From a virus (lineage: Duplodnaviria > Heunggongvirae > Uroviricota > Caudoviricetes): 27,413 nt of DNA. Made by a program: the position numbers and the translations under genes. Below the pieces are notes generated by a model. That model saw only the letters and a program-made list of their open reading frames with translations, had not been told where the DNA came from and did no database searches. Shown here in pieces: positions 7,452 through 18,775 of this stretch. Every line of letters begins with the position of its first letter. Positions within the stretch are counted from its first letter, which is position 1. The stretch is taken from the IMG/VR virus record IMGVR_UViG_2634166457_000011. One strand, given 5' to 3'.

Positions 7452-9410
7452 TTACGCCGTACATTTCACCAGACCGCGGTGATCAACTGGCGCGACACCG
7501 GCGTCAATACGCACTTTCGTTGTCACGCCATCCACACTGAAGCCCTCCATCTGATCAATATATGGCGTATCCACACCGTTGAGATAAGCCACTTCAATCG
7601 TATCGGAGCCTTTTGACGCAGCCAGGTAGAAGGTGGTCTGGCTGTTATCATCAAGACGAGGCTCTGCAATAACGGTCGCAAAATCTTTCACCGGGTTAAT
7701 AATACCGGCGTTAATGTCAGCCCCCTTGACACTTGAGGAGCGAATGACCTGGTTAGCAACAGACTCCATCGCCGTCGGTACCAGTACGAACGCAGGACGA
7801 ATATTCAGATGACGCTCCCCCTCTTTCTGAACGCGCATCAACTGGCGGGCTTTATCCAGCGATGCCACGTCCATTGCAGCGCTCTCCAGTACGTTTGCAT
7901 GTTTCGCTTTATCGAACAGACTTACATTATCTGTGGAGATTTTCGGGTTAGACGTCAGAATGGCATAAACCAGATCGGCAATAGTGGATTTCGCCGCACG
8001 GCCCAGTTTCATCGGGACATCGGTCAGCATATTCAGATCATCATTGATAATGGCCTGACGGGTGATACTGAACAGCTCGCCATAGGTCGCCAGTGCAATA
8101 GTGGCCTGTTTATCTCCGGTGGTGACGTATTTATATTCCGCCCCTTCACGCACCTGACGCAGAGCACTGAAGCCCCCCATACCCACACGATGGGCAATTT
8201 TAAAATCAGACAACTGACCTTTCCGCGTCCATTGTTCATAGGTTTCAGGAGCATCTTCCCAGCCCTGCAGAATGGCTTTGTTCGCAACATCCAGCAGAAT
8301 ATTACCGAAGTCAGACGTACTGTGGGTGAACGCCGCACCGACCATCTGCATCGGGTTATAACCGGAAACCCCAATACCCCGTTCAGTCAGTGACATACGG
8401 GCATATTCACGCAGGGTCATCCCGTTGTAGACATTATCACGTTCGGTTTTTTCAAATCCGGCACGCGCCATCAGCGCCTGGCGGATCCCGTCCCCCACAA
8501 AATTACCGTTACCAGCATAAATATGAGCCGGTGTATTTTTATTGGATGGCGTGGACTCGCGCCCCATCTCGTTCAACAGCTTTTCGCGGGCCTGCTCCAG
8601 CGAACACTCAGGATCGGCAAGACACTGAGCCTGCAGCGTCTGATAACGCCCGCCAAACATGGCAAACAGATCATTAATACCGTTTACACGCGCTTTTTGC
8701 TCTGCCAGTACCTGCGCACGGATACTGTTTTCATCCACCACGGGTGCTGCTGCCTGCACTGGCGTCCGGGAGGCTGCAGGTTCATCATCCTGTACGCGTG
8801 GAGCACTGTTGCGTGGCGGAGTAATCATGTTTCGAATGGATTCCGGCATCTTTTTAAATTCCTCTGTACGTTTTGACTGAATACATGCCATTGCCTTAAC
8901 GGCTGGCGTCACCTGATCAGCAAATCCATGTGCCAGACATTCGGCACCGGACATCCAGGTCTCATCCGCCAGCATGGCAGCAATTTCATCGGTGGTTTTC
9001 CCGGTTTTCTGTGCATAAGCGGGTAACAGAACCGCCTCAACCTTATCGAGCAGGTCGGCATAGGTGCGCATGTCCTCCGCATCACCGCCCGTAAAGCCAA
9101 ATGGTTTATGAATCATCATGAAGGTGTTTTCCGGCATAATGACCGGGTTTCCCACCATCGCAATGACCGACGCCATTGACGCCGCCACACCGTCGACATA
9201 AACGGTAATGGACGCACCATGTGTTTTCAGCGCATTAAAAATGGCGATGCCTTCAAAGACATCGCCACCCGGTGAATTGATATGGAGATTAATGTGGGTG
9301 ATATCGCCCAGTGCATTCAGATCACTGATAAACTGCTTCGCTGTAACACCCCAGAAACCAATCTCGTCATAAATATAAATATCCGCGTCACTCTGGTGAC
9401 CAGCCTGCAT
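7452..9410 (-). CDS. Prohead protease (ClpP/S14-like) fused in-frame to the major capsid protein
   Basis: N-terminal region IYIYDEIGFWGVT...HINSPGGDVFEGIAIFNAL...VDGVAASMASVIAMVG is ClpP-like; about 430 C-terminal residues are capsid-like; one uninterrupted ORF. Start taken at ATG 9410, just after the portal stop; the track ORF extends to 9671 and overlaps portal. Confidence 0.8.
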   Translation of the reverse strand: MQAGHQSDADIYIYDEIGFWGVTAKQFISDLNALGDITHINLHINSPGGDVFEGIAIFNALKTHGASITVYVDGVAASMASVIAMVGNPVIMPENTFMMIHKPFGFTGGDAEDMRTYADLLDKVEAVLLPAYAQKTGKTTDEIAAMLADETWMSGAECLAHGFADQVTPAVKAMACIQSKRTEEFKKMPESIRNMITPPRNSAPRVQDDEPAASRTPVQAAAPVVDENSIRAQVLAEQKARVNGINDLFAMFGGRYQTLQAQCLADPECSLEQAREKLLNEMGRESTPSNKNTPAHIYAGNGNFVGDGIRQALMARAGFEKTERDNVYNGMTLREYARMSLTERGIGVSGYNPMQMVGAAFTHSTSDFGNILLDVANKAILQGWEDAPETYEQWTRKGQLSDFKIAHRVGMGGFSALRQVREGAEYKYVTTGDKQATIALATYGELFSITRQAIINDDLNMLTDVPMKLGRAAKSTIADLVYAILTSNPKISTDNVSLFDKAKHANVLESAAMDVASLDKARQLMRVQKEGERHLNIRPAFVLVPTAMESVANQVIRSSSVKGADINAGIINPVKDFATVIAEPRLDDNSQTTFYLAASKGSDTIEVAYLNGVDTPYIDQMEGFSVDGVTTKVRIDAGVAPVDHRGLVKCTA

Positions 9411-9423
9411 CCTGAACCAGGAA

Positions 9424-10932
9424 TTATTCTTCGGACTGGTCGTCGGTGTGCTGCGGCTCCTGTCGTTTCGTTGCGGCACTGCTGCCTCCTTTATCACTGG
9501 CCGGATCGGTATCAAATACCAGATCCAGCTTGCGGTTTTCATCAATTTCTGCCTTGCGCCGACATTTGACATCATCCGGATTACGACCACCTGCACGTAC
9601 CCAGTCTGATTCTGTCGCCGCTCCACCACGAATCTGAATTTTCCAGGCCTCAGCCTCCTTAACAGGGTCAATCCACGGCATCACCGGTCCGGAATACACC
9701 GCGGTATACAGTGAAGAACGGTCAAGATCGCGGGGTAGCCTGATAACACCGGATGCCACAGCCTGTTTCAGCCAGGCACGATACATCGGGCGGGTGACGG
9801 CACCAATAAACCAGTCCTGCAGGATCAGGTAGCCATCAGTGGATTCAACCAGCTCCTGACGCTGGGCGCTGTAAGTGCCGTTATAGTTGCGCGCTGTACT
9901 GGAAAAACTCAGACGACTGCCCGCCGCCACGGCACGCAACTGACCATTACGAAAAGTTTCAAGGTTAGGATTGGGGCGATCCGACTTCACCATTCCGATT
10001 TCTTCGCCGGGTTTCAGATCGTCGTAAATAATGCCTGGCTGAATGGTAAGCTCGCGTTCATTCTCCTTGCTGTCATTACCATCCGTTTCATAGCTCTGTC
10101 CGTCGCCTTTGCGGATGTACATCCCCAGAGCAGCAGCGATCCTTGCTGCAGTCAGCTCAGAATCTTCATATTCTTTCAGGGCACTGAGGCGGATCAGCAC
10201 ACCGGACAATAAAGACGTCCCGCGCATCTGGTGCAGACGGCGAACAAATTTAAGATGCAGCATTCGCTCTGCATCCACTTCTTTGGTTTCCATCTGCCGT
10301 CCGGATACAGGACGACTTTTATACACCAGATATTTTTCGGGACGCCCCCAGTCATCAACAAACACGCCCTGATTCAGCCTGTTGCTCTCATCACTGGTCA
10401 TGGGAATAAAGTCTGGCTCGAGTGCCTCCAGCCAGAAATGAACACCGGCAGAAGGCGTCAGGCTGTTTATGCGCCCGGAAACCATCTGGGCAAACACCTC
10501 ACCATCGCGCAGCCAGGTACGCAGCATCAGACGTTCCAGCATCGGACGGGTAAACTGCCCGGTAACTTCCGGACTGACAGACCATTCACTCCATCGGGTG
10601 CGTATCTCCGCTGCCAGATCACGGGCAATGGCCCCATTGCGTAATACCGGATGTGGCTCGACAATAATCCCGTTTTTCCCCACCACCCGTTCTTCCAGCT
10701 TGTCAAATACACCAATGACCAGATCGTGGTTGTTATCAAGGTAACGGGCCTGCTCACGTAACGACACGGCCCCGTAGAGGCTTAACTGGTCGGCAGTTCG
10801 GTTTTCCCGCCGGGCTTTGTGTGTCCGCGTCGTTTTTACGGCCTCATAAGCCTGGATCACCGCCCGGGAACGCAGCCTTGCCGCTTTCCATCCTGGTGAA
10901 AAAACGCCAATCACATCATCAAGAATTGCCAT
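9424..10932 (-). CDS. Portal protein (lambda gpB family)
   Basis: About 500 aa between gpW and the protease/capsid gene; start ATG 10932 overlaps the W stop (TGATG). Confidence 0.85.
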   Translation of the reverse strand: MAILDDVIGVFSPGWKAARLRSRAVIQAYEAVKTTRTHKARRENRTADQLSLYGAVSLREQARYLDNNHDLVIGVFDKLEERVVGKNGIIVEPHPVLRNGAIARDLAAEIRTRWSEWSVSPEVTGQFTRPMLERLMLRTWLRDGEVFAQMVSGRINSLTPSAGVHFWLEALEPDFIPMTSDESNRLNQGVFVDDWGRPEKYLVYKSRPVSGRQMETKEVDAERMLHLKFVRRLHQMRGTSLLSGVLIRLSALKEYEDSELTAARIAAALGMYIRKGDGQSYETDGNDSKENERELTIQPGIIYDDLKPGEEIGMVKSDRPNPNLETFRNGQLRAVAAGSRLSFSSTARNYNGTYSAQRQELVESTDGYLILQDWFIGAVTRPMYRAWLKQAVASGVIRLPRDLDRSSLYTAVYSGPVMPWIDPVKEAEAWKIQIRGGAATESDWVRAGGRNPDDVKCRRKAEIDENRKLDLVFDTDPASDKGGSSAATKRQEPQHTDDQSEE

Positions 10933-11144
10933 CAGAACCTCGCCAGCCGGTACCCGGGATGCCCCCGTCGTCGTGTAATCAGAGCCGCAAGGCGGCGCTC
11001 CCACTCCTGCCGTCCCTGCCGGATCTCAGATAAGTTTTCCATGGTCATCTGCTGACCATTAAAGGTGACGGATTTTCCGTCCAGCACCGCCATTTCAGCT
11101 TCCGTATAACGCTGAATCATGGCTTCGATATCATTCTGGTTCAT
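10932..11144 (-). CDS. Head-tail joining protein gpW-like
   Basis: 70-aa ORF between terminase large subunit and portal, C-terminus RRRGHPGYRLARF resembling gpW; start overlaps the terminase stop. Confidence 0.6.
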   Translation of the reverse strand: MNQNDIEAMIQRYTEAEMAVLDGKSVTFNGQQMTMENLSEIRQGRQEWERRLAALITRRRGHPGYRLARF

Positions 11145-13240
11145 AACCATCCTCCGGAAGTCAGCCAGGGGTTAACATCGTCAGTTACTGTTTTCTTCCG
11201 TTTTTGTTTTTTAACAGGCGTGGATACCGGTTCCGGTGAGGGTGACGGTTCGGTACTGTCCGGGACACACTCCAACCAGGTTTCCCGGCTCGCCCACTCC
11301 GGTGCATCCGGCCAGCGGATCTTTTCGTATCCATGCAGAATGACCAGAGCCTCGGCATACACCATCAGGTCAAAAGCTTCGTTGGCACCGCGACCCGGCT
11401 TACTCCATTTCCCGTCACTGCTCCGCTCTTCATACGTCAGTTCGTCGTAAAACCAGCTCCCCAGCCAGTCAGGGAAATGCACATAGCCGGGACCTGGCGA
11501 GTCACGCCATAACGCGTTATTCACCCGGTCTTTCAGTGCATCCGTCTGAAGAAGCCAGAGCGGCACATCACCTGCGGCCTGCGCCCGTCGGCCCGTTCGT
11601 CCGGTGTTATCAGGGAATGTACGGGTGATCAGTTTTGCGCGCCGGATGCTGTCGCCCTTAAACAGGTAAATACGTTTACCAAGGCCATCACGACGGCAAC
11701 GACGCCAGAATTTATAGGCATTATCAGTGACCCCGTCTTCACCGCCGGAGTCCAGCGCCATTGCCATCAGTCGCATTTGTTGAGAAGGATCGGAGGCCAG
11801 CGGCCAGCTTTTATGAAAAACATCCGTCAGCAGGACATCCCAGTCTTCCGGATAGCTGGCCGGATCAATTCGCTGGCTCTCCCCGTCGCAGTCACTGCGC
11901 AATGACTGCGTGATATTGTAACGATCAATAATCCAGCGTTCGCCACGACTGCCATAGCCCGTTACCTGAACCACAAAACGGCGATGACGTCCCGCCTGCA
12001 CATCCACTGTCGCCACAAGGAAATTAACGCCATCCGGCACACTGCAGGAAGGAACTGGCTCTGCCCGCTGCTCAAGCAGTTCACTTTTTCGTTGCTCCAT
12101 GCTGGCACGAGGAAGATAAGGCAATCCCCAGTCGGTGTTGATAACCGCCCTGAGTGTTTCTTCGCTTCCTGTCGCTTCATACTCCTGTTCTGCAGTCAGT
12201 AATTTGTAAACCAGTTGCGCCCAGGTCTGATACGCAGCAGCTGGCCCTTCCATCCAGAAACTGGCGATACGGGAGCGGCGCGGTTCACCGGAAACGTTGC
12301 CGTTACGATCAATGACCTGACCTTCACGCAACCAGACTCCTGCACTATTGAGCTCACGCTTTTTCTCCGCAGTGATAATGCCGCTGCAGTGCGGGCAAAG
12401 TAGATACGCCGCCTCACTGGCTTTAAAGGGATCCGGTTCATTACGGTAGCCGGTCATGGCATCCATAGCTGGCTGAAAATATTCACCGCAGTGCGGACAT
12501 GGCCAGTACCAGCGGCGGCGGTCACCACGATTGTAAAGGGAAAGAATACCAGTCGTCGGTGGCGCTTCATGAGGCGACTTACGTCGCCATTTACTGTCGC
12601 AGATGTCACGTCCCGGCGAGCTCTCCACCAGAGTCATCCCGGCGGACATAAATGTGGTGGTACGTTTTGAGGCCAGGGAGAAACCATCACCCTCGCTGTC
12701 GATATTCTCCGGAAAACGGTCGTAATCGGTTAAGGCGACAAACCGGTAATCCGACGACGACATAATGTTGACCGAGGGCCAACCAATTTTAAGGAACGAG
12801 CCATCCCTGAACGTCTTATCATGGACATTATTGTCGTTACGACGTGGACTCATTCTTTTCTTTACCGCCGCACTGCTTCTGAACGTTCTGTCGAGGCGCT
12901 TTTTAGAATGCTCGCGGGCCTTATCTTCGGTCATCTGCACAACGAGCATGTCCGAAGGATCGCAAACGATGGTATAGACAATCCATCCATCGATCAGACC
13001 AATGGTCTTCCCTGTTCGCGCAGGACCAACAAAAATCACCGCATCGTATTCACGCGATGCCAGGCAGTTCATGGGCTCAATGATGTAGGGTGTCAGTTCA
13101 GGATCCCATGGCACCGAGTTACCAGCCCCCTTGGGAACACGCATGAATTTTTTAACAGCCTCCGAAATCGGCATGCGACGTGGTGGGGAAAATCCTGCCG
13201 ATATGTCCCTTCCCAAATTTCGGGCTGATGAAAAACCCAT
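11141..13240 (-). CDS. Terminase large subunit (GpA family)
   Basis: 699 aa, Walker A-like FVGPARTGKT, Cys motifs CPHCGEYF and CPHCSG, strong SD AGGAGG before the ATG at 13240. Confidence 0.9.
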   Translation of the reverse strand: MGFSSARNLGRDISAGFSPPRRMPISEAVKKFMRVPKGAGNSVPWDPELTPYIIEPMNCLASREYDAVIFVGPARTGKTIGLIDGWIVYTIVCDPSDMLVVQMTEDKAREHSKKRLDRTFRSSAAVKKRMSPRRNDNNVHDKTFRDGSFLKIGWPSVNIMSSSDYRFVALTDYDRFPENIDSEGDGFSLASKRTTTFMSAGMTLVESSPGRDICDSKWRRKSPHEAPPTTGILSLYNRGDRRRWYWPCPHCGEYFQPAMDAMTGYRNEPDPFKASEAAYLLCPHCSGIITAEKKRELNSAGVWLREGQVIDRNGNVSGEPRRSRIASFWMEGPAAAYQTWAQLVYKLLTAEQEYEATGSEETLRAVINTDWGLPYLPRASMEQRKSELLEQRAEPVPSCSVPDGVNFLVATVDVQAGRHRRFVVQVTGYGSRGERWIIDRYNITQSLRSDCDGESQRIDPASYPEDWDVLLTDVFHKSWPLASDPSQQMRLMAMALDSGGEDGVTDNAYKFWRRCRRDGLGKRIYLFKGDSIRRAKLITRTFPDNTGRTGRRAQAAGDVPLWLLQTDALKDRVNNALWRDSPGPGYVHFPDWLGSWFYDELTYEERSSDGKWSKPGRGANEAFDLMVYAEALVILHGYEKIRWPDAPEWASRETWLECVPDSTEPSPSPEPVSTPVKKQKRKKTVTDDVNPWLTSGGWL

Positions 13241-13248
13241 TATTCCTC

Positions 13249-13776
13249 CTAGAGACTCTCTCCTTCCTCATCAGGAATTAATTCAGCAGCACAAGCCTCG
13301 TAGGATTTTTCCTGAAGAGTGTATCGCAGGTCATCAATGGCCTGCTGTACAACGCCGACGGCCTGAGGAGTCAGAGCGCAATCGCGTTCAAGAACATCCG
13401 GAATTGTCTCCAGAACCTGGACGACAGCCTTTCTCATGGACGAATAGACGATGACTACTTCATCAACTGGGATGAGTTTTCGCTGCTCCTTTTCCAGCTT
13501 GATCCTTTCATTTTCAGACTGGTACCAGTCCTTTCTCTCTTTCGGCTCCATACGGGATGGATCATGAACAGAGTCTGCTGCCTCATGCTTCACACTAAAC
13601 AGGGCGGGCCCGACATGCTGCAGGGCGTAAACGGGGTTCCCCCTGACAGTCGCAGCCACAGGAGTGTTGGCCGCGAGGAGCCGTTTTTTTACTGTGTCCC
13701 GGTGAAGCCCAAAGGCCTCGGCGATTTTAAAAACACTCCAGTAATAAGCATCACCGATCCCGCTCACATTTGACAT
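13249..13776 (-). CDS. Terminase small subunit (Nu1-like, N-terminal HTH)
   Basis: Translation MSNVSGIGDAYYWSVFKIAEAFGLHRDTVKK...; GGAG 6 nt upstream of the ATG at 13776 (the track ORF starts 4 codons earlier). Confidence 0.8.
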   Translation of the reverse strand: MSNVSGIGDAYYWSVFKIAEAFGLHRDTVKKRLLAANTPVAATVRGNPVYALQHVGPALFSVKHEAADSVHDPSRMEPKERKDWYQSENERIKLEKEQRKLIPVDEVVIVYSSMRKAVVQVLETIPDVLERDCALTPQAVGVVQQAIDDLRYTLQEKSYEACAAELIPDEEGESL

Positions 13777-13939
13777 AAGCAACTCCATCTGGCAGGTGAA
13801 AATCAGGTTTATTTATATATTTCAATTAATTGCAAACTGGTCTAATGACAGGAAGAAAAAAATATTGTACAGGTGAAAAGAGAAATAACTTTTAATTATC
13901 AATAAATTACCAAACATGCTGCCGCCGCCATGGAAATGC

Positions 13940-14010
13940 AAAAACTAGCCTTTTTCCGCGACGCTCCCGCCCCGTGGCAGGGGCCCCCACCGGGAGGACC
14001 CGACAGCCTG
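13940..14010 (-). other. Candidate cos site (cosQ-cosN-cosB) with cosN about 13961..13972
   Basis: Minus strand reads GTCGGGTCCTCCCGGTG...CCACG GGGCGGGAGCGT CGCGGAAAAAGG, which resembles my recollection of the lambda cos junction (CGGGTCCTTTCCGGTG...TTACG GGGCGGCGACCT CGCGGGTTTTCGC). It lies about 180 bp upstream of Nu1, as in lambda. Confidence 0.55.
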
Positions 14011-14152
14011 ACAGCCGTGACGAGCATCTGATACAGCGCTTTACATAATGGCATAGGAATAATTCAGAAGGACATCACAGCATGCCCACACAAATTAGTG
14101 TGAGTGTCCTGTTTCTTCCTACGCACAGGACTGACGAGCATGAGGGGAAAAT

Positions 14153-14320
14153 ATGCGAACCATAAATGCCTCATCTTCAGCAATGCAGCCGGCATCCGAA
14201 CAGGACGATATTGTAAATTCACCTAATTACGAGGACATTGCAGTAGTTGAATTGCAGCTCTGTATTAGCATGACAGTGACAGAATGCGACATTGACTCTG
14301 TCACAGGTGAAATAGTTTGA
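14153..14320 (+). CDS. Hypothetical small acidic protein (55 aa)
   Basis: ATG at 14153 preceded by GAGGGG; ORF not in the track because it is under 60 aa. Confidence 0.2.
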   Translation: MRTINASSSAMQPASEQDDIVNSPNYEDIAVVELQLCISMTVTECDIDSVTGEIV

Positions 14321-14340
14321 ATGATTAGCAGTTATGGTGC

Positions 14341-14547
14341 TCAGTCAACCACCAGGGAATAATCCTTCGAATTCTTATCGTGCTTCACCAACGCTGCCTC
14401 AATTGCCCTGAATGCTTCCAGAGACACCTGATGTTCTATACATGCAATTACAACATCCGGGTAACTCATAGAAATGGTGCTATTAAGCATATTTTTTACA
14501 CGAATCAGATCCAACGAGAGTTCATCAGCAGATTGTTCTTTATTCAT
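14341..14547 (-). CDS. Hypothetical moron protein (68 aa)
   Basis: ORF with GGAG 8-9 nt upstream of the ATG; low-GC island. Confidence 0.4.
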   Translation of the reverse strand: MNKEQSADELSLDLIRVKNMLNSTISMSYPDVVIACIEHQVSLEAFRAIEAALVKHDKNSKDYSLVVD

Positions 14548-14847
14548 TTTGTCGCTCCATGCGTTTGCTCGTCATCTAGCGGTTAAAATATTACTTCAAA
14601 TCTTTCTGCATAAAAGAGGAAAAGTATGAAAGTTTGAGTACATCGACCTTACATACATCTGTCGGTTGCATATCCCTCCTGGATGCCAGCAAGGCTCAAC
14701 TTTGTTACGCAATCAACACTATTCATTAAAAACAGGCTTAATATTTGACATAAATCATCAACAAAACACAAAGAGGTCAGACCAGATTGAAACAATAAAC
14801 ACGATAATGCAAACTACGCGCCATCGTATCACATGGAAGGTTTACCA

Positions 14848-15258
14848 ATGGCTCAGGCTGCCATTTTTAAAGAAATATTCGATCAAGTGCGTAAAGATTT
14901 AAACTGTGAATTATTTTATTCTGAGCTAAAACGTCACAATGTCTCACTTTATATTTACTATTTAGCCACAGATAATATTCACATTGTGTTAGAAAACGAC
15001 AACATAGTGTTAGTAAAAGGACTCAAAAAGGTTGTAAATGTTAAATTCTCCAGAAACAAACATCTTATAGAGACCTCCTATAATAAGTTGAAATCAAAAG
15101 AAATCACATTTCAACAATACAGGAAAAATCTTGCTAAAGCAGGAGTTTTCCGATGGGTTACAAATATCCAGGAACACCAAAGATATTACTATGCCTTTGA
15201 TAACTCATTACTATTTACTGAAAGCATCCAGAAAACTACACAGATCTTACCACGCTAA
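14848..15258 (+). CDS. ydfO: DUF1398 family protein (YdfO-like)
   Basis: 136 aa from the ATG at 14848 (GGAAGG SD); low GC; resembles the Qin prophage protein YdfO as I recall it. Confidence 0.55.
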   Translation: MAQAAIFKEIFDQVRKDLNCELFYSELKRHNVSLYIYYLATDNIHIVLENDNIVLVKGLKKVVNVKFSRNKHLIETSYNKLKSKEITFQQYRKNLAKAGVFRWVTNIQEHQRYYYAFDNSLLFTESIQKTTQILPR

Positions 15259-15409
15259 ACCATAACGTCCGGCTTCTCTCACTCCTGAGCCGGACTGCAT
15301 TGGTTTAATAAAAACCATCAACAATTGTGATTTAGATATTCGGAACCATTCAAATATAACAAAACCCCGTAAAAACGAGGTTTATGGATAAATTTTATTA
15401 TTGAACACA

Positions 15410-15583
15410 TCAGATTAAATTAATCTTGACATCATAGCTTTCAAGACCCGTCATTTTTTCCCGTGCGGTAAACTGAATACTGGTAACTTCTTTCCCGGTT
15501 TTTTTCTTAAGTTCAATAATTTTTTTTGTTATATATTCAGAAATATCTGCTTCTGCTTTTGTTTTTAAGTCTTCAATATTCAT
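15410..15583 (-). CDS. gnsB: GnsA/GnsB family protein (57 aa)
   Basis: Hand-translated: MNIEDLKTKAEADISEYITKKIIELKKKTGKEVTSIQFTAREKMTGLESYDVKINLI; AAGAGGAA SD; absent from the track (under 60 aa). Confidence 0.65.
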   Translation of the reverse strand: MNIEDLKTKAEADISEYITKKIIELKKKTGKEVTSIQFTAREKMTGLESYDVKINLI

Positions 15584-15754
15584 CATTTCCTCTTTTAGTC
15601 TGTTATGACTTTCCAGTTACACAGTAAGTCGATTATATGGTGCAAACGTGTAAAAGATAAGATGAAACATCGCAATAATCAACATACGATAGTCTAAATT
15701 TTACACAAACAGACAAAGAGAATTTTCCTGAATTATCAATGCAATAGCATCAAA

Positions 15755-15910
15755 TCAACTCAAGAGCCTTATTGCTGCTTCCAGAATTTCTTCTGAAGTA
15801 ACATGTCGATCCGCGGCTACATAAATGACTTTATGATCTCCGGTCAGAGATGGAAACCCTGCGGCCATTACAGTAAGGTGTGTTTTTTCGCCATTTGGAT
15901 ATTCACGCAT
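15755..15910 (-). CDS. ynfN: YnfN-like small protein
   Basis: MREYPNGEKTHLTVMAAGFPSLTGDHKVIYVAADRHVTSEEILEAAIRLLS from an internal ATG of the track ORF; start choice uncertain. Confidence 0.5.
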   Translation of the reverse strand: MREYPNGEKTHLTVMAAGFPSLTGDHKVIYVAADRHVTSEEILEAAIRLLS

Positions 15911-16027
15911 GATGGTGTTAACTCCAGTCATCGCTGGCACTACCACTGCTGGTTCAGAGTTAAAAAAACTATGATTTTTTCATGATGTTACCGTAGTATG
16001 TGAGTATCCATCGAATAGACACCAAGC

Positions 16028-16050
16028 AAAAAAGCTCCCGAAGGAGCCTT
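16028..16050 (-). terminator. Intrinsic terminator downstream of cspI
   Basis: Minus strand GCTCC-TTCG-GGAGC followed by TTTTTT. Confidence 0.45.
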
Positions 16051-16254
16051 CATTTTCACTTTTTTAAATCCAACGACAGACGGCTGGCATTTAAGTATTG
16101 TGAAATATTATCAAATGTAATCATCATTGATTTACAAAAGATACATTTTGCCCCGAAAGGATTCATGTCAGAAACATCAAAAGATGATGTTCTATACTGG
16201 GAACCATGACAACACGGGCATCTAAAGTGAATATGGTTTGTAATATTGTCTACC

Positions 16255-16467
16255 TCAAAGCGCCACTACATGAACAGCGGCAGGACCTTTAGGTCCGTTC
16301 TCAATACCAAATTCAACTTCCTGATTCTCAGTTAATGTTTTGAAATCGTTGCTCTGAATTGCTGAGAAATGGACAAACACATCTTTGCTGCCATCTTTCG
16401 GCGTGATGAAACCAAAACCTTTTTCAGGGTTAAACCATTTCACTAAACCAGTCATTTTGTTAGACAT
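16255..16467 (-). CDS. cspI: Cold shock protein, CspA family (CspI-like)
   Basis: 70 aa, [23 protein letters not shown]...VFVHFSAI; canonical RNP1/RNP2 cold-shock domain motifs. Confidence 0.85.
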   Translation of the reverse strand: MSNKMTGLVKWFNPEKGFGFITPKDGSKDVFVHFSAIQSNDFKTLTENQEVEFGIENGPKGPAAVHVVAL

Positions 16468-16829
16468 AATTATTACCTTTTGAAGAAATTAGCCCTTGGG
16501 CAGAATGGTCCGAAAAAAAATATCAGAGAGAAAAACCAACAAGGAAATCTCAAGAGGTACAAATAATAAAATTATAACAATGACTGCTTCAGATAAATTT
16601 GTAACAAACCAGAACACCATTAACGCATGATTAACCACCCATAGCAAGGATTACTTTTGTAAAGAAAAACACAGCAATGAAAGAATAGCTTTATTTATTA
16701 ATAAAACGTGTCATTCTGATTAAGACCTTTTATCTTACCCTTAAGATTTCAGGAATTTTGGCTCATGGAAGAGTCCTTTTTATTTAAATTTTACATTCCG
16801 CGATGTAAATGTTCCGATTTAATATTACC

Positions 16830-17853
<1,024 letters not shown>

Positions 17854-17857
<4 letters not shown>

Positions 17858-18165
17858 ATATATTTATGATGAGGACGCTCGTGCTTATTGGCAGGATTTT
17901 CAATCTTAAAGGAGTACTGATGCTGCAGATAAGACTCAACTTTTTCTGACAATTTTTCTGCTACTTCCAGGAAGACTTGCCGGACGCTCCTTCTGGCTGC
18001 TGCCTCATAAAACTCCAGCGCAGCTCCTTCAACACGGTCCATGGCGACATCCAGGCCAAAAATTTCACCGTCAAAGCGTTCTTTGTCCTGTAAGGCTACA
18101 GTTACCGTAACTTTATTCTCAAAATTACGGACTCCTTTCACAACCAGTTCATAGTCTTGAGTCAT
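17854..18165 (-). CDS. ydfR: DUF1327 family protein (YdfR-like) between holin and endolysin
   Basis: 103-aa ORF; ATG at 18165; position matches the Qin essQ-ydfR-rrrQ order as I recall it. Confidence 0.55.
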
Positions 18166-18169
18166 TGGA

Positions 18170-18385
18170 TTACTCTCCTCTCGCAGCCTTACGCCTGTCT
18201 TCTTTAATCTTGAAATAAAGATTTGTCAGATACGTCAGCAGGCCAAAAACCAGGCTACCCAGCACACCGATTGCAGCCCACTGTGACGGAGTTACTTTAT
18301 CGAGTAACTGCAATGCCCAGAAACCAGCATTACCCGCCGATGTGCCATAGGCAACACCTGTTGTTAACTTATCCATTGATTTCAT
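18170..18385 (-). CDS. essQ: Pinholin/antiholin (phage 21 S-type) with dual-start motif MKSM
   Basis: [31 protein letters not shown]...[32 protein letters not shown]; two in-frame ATGs at 18385 and 18376; GGTGAGGA upstream. Confidence 0.8.
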   Translation of the reverse strand: MKSMDKLTTGVAYGTSAGNAGFWALQLLDKVTPSQWAAIGVLGSLVFGLLTYLTNLYFKIKEDRRKAARGE

Positions 18386-18604
18386 ATCCTCACCCCGATG
18401 TACACGGATGGTGCAATATGTTTGAAAAGATCGGAGTCTACGGGGTAGTTTTGACAGCACACGTTGTTCTCAACGGCGCTAAAAAAACATACACATTAAA
18501 AATGTGGGTAATTATTTTGAAAGAAAGTCATATATAAAATAATAATACGAGAAATGTTTTCATATTTAGTGTACTGTATACGGCCATTTATACAGGAAAA
18601 GCCT

Positions 18605-18775
18605 ATGTCAGAACGTAAAGACTCAAAATCACGCCGTAATTATCTCGTTAAATGTTCCTGCCCAAACTGCACCCAAGAGTCAGAACACAGTTTTTCAAGA
18701 GTACAAAAAGGTGCCCTTTTGATCTGCCCTCATTGCAACAAAGTATTCCAGACAAATCTTAAAGCTGTAGCCTGA
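18605..18775 (+). CDS. Small zinc-ribbon protein (C-x2-C ... C-x2-C), 56 aa
   Basis: MSERKDSKSRRNYLVKCSCPNCTQ...LICPHCNKVFQ; AGGAAAA SD before the ATG at 18605. Confidence 0.4.
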   Translation: MSERKDSKSRRNYLVKCSCPNCTQESEHSFSRVQKGALLICPHCNKVFQTNLKAVA

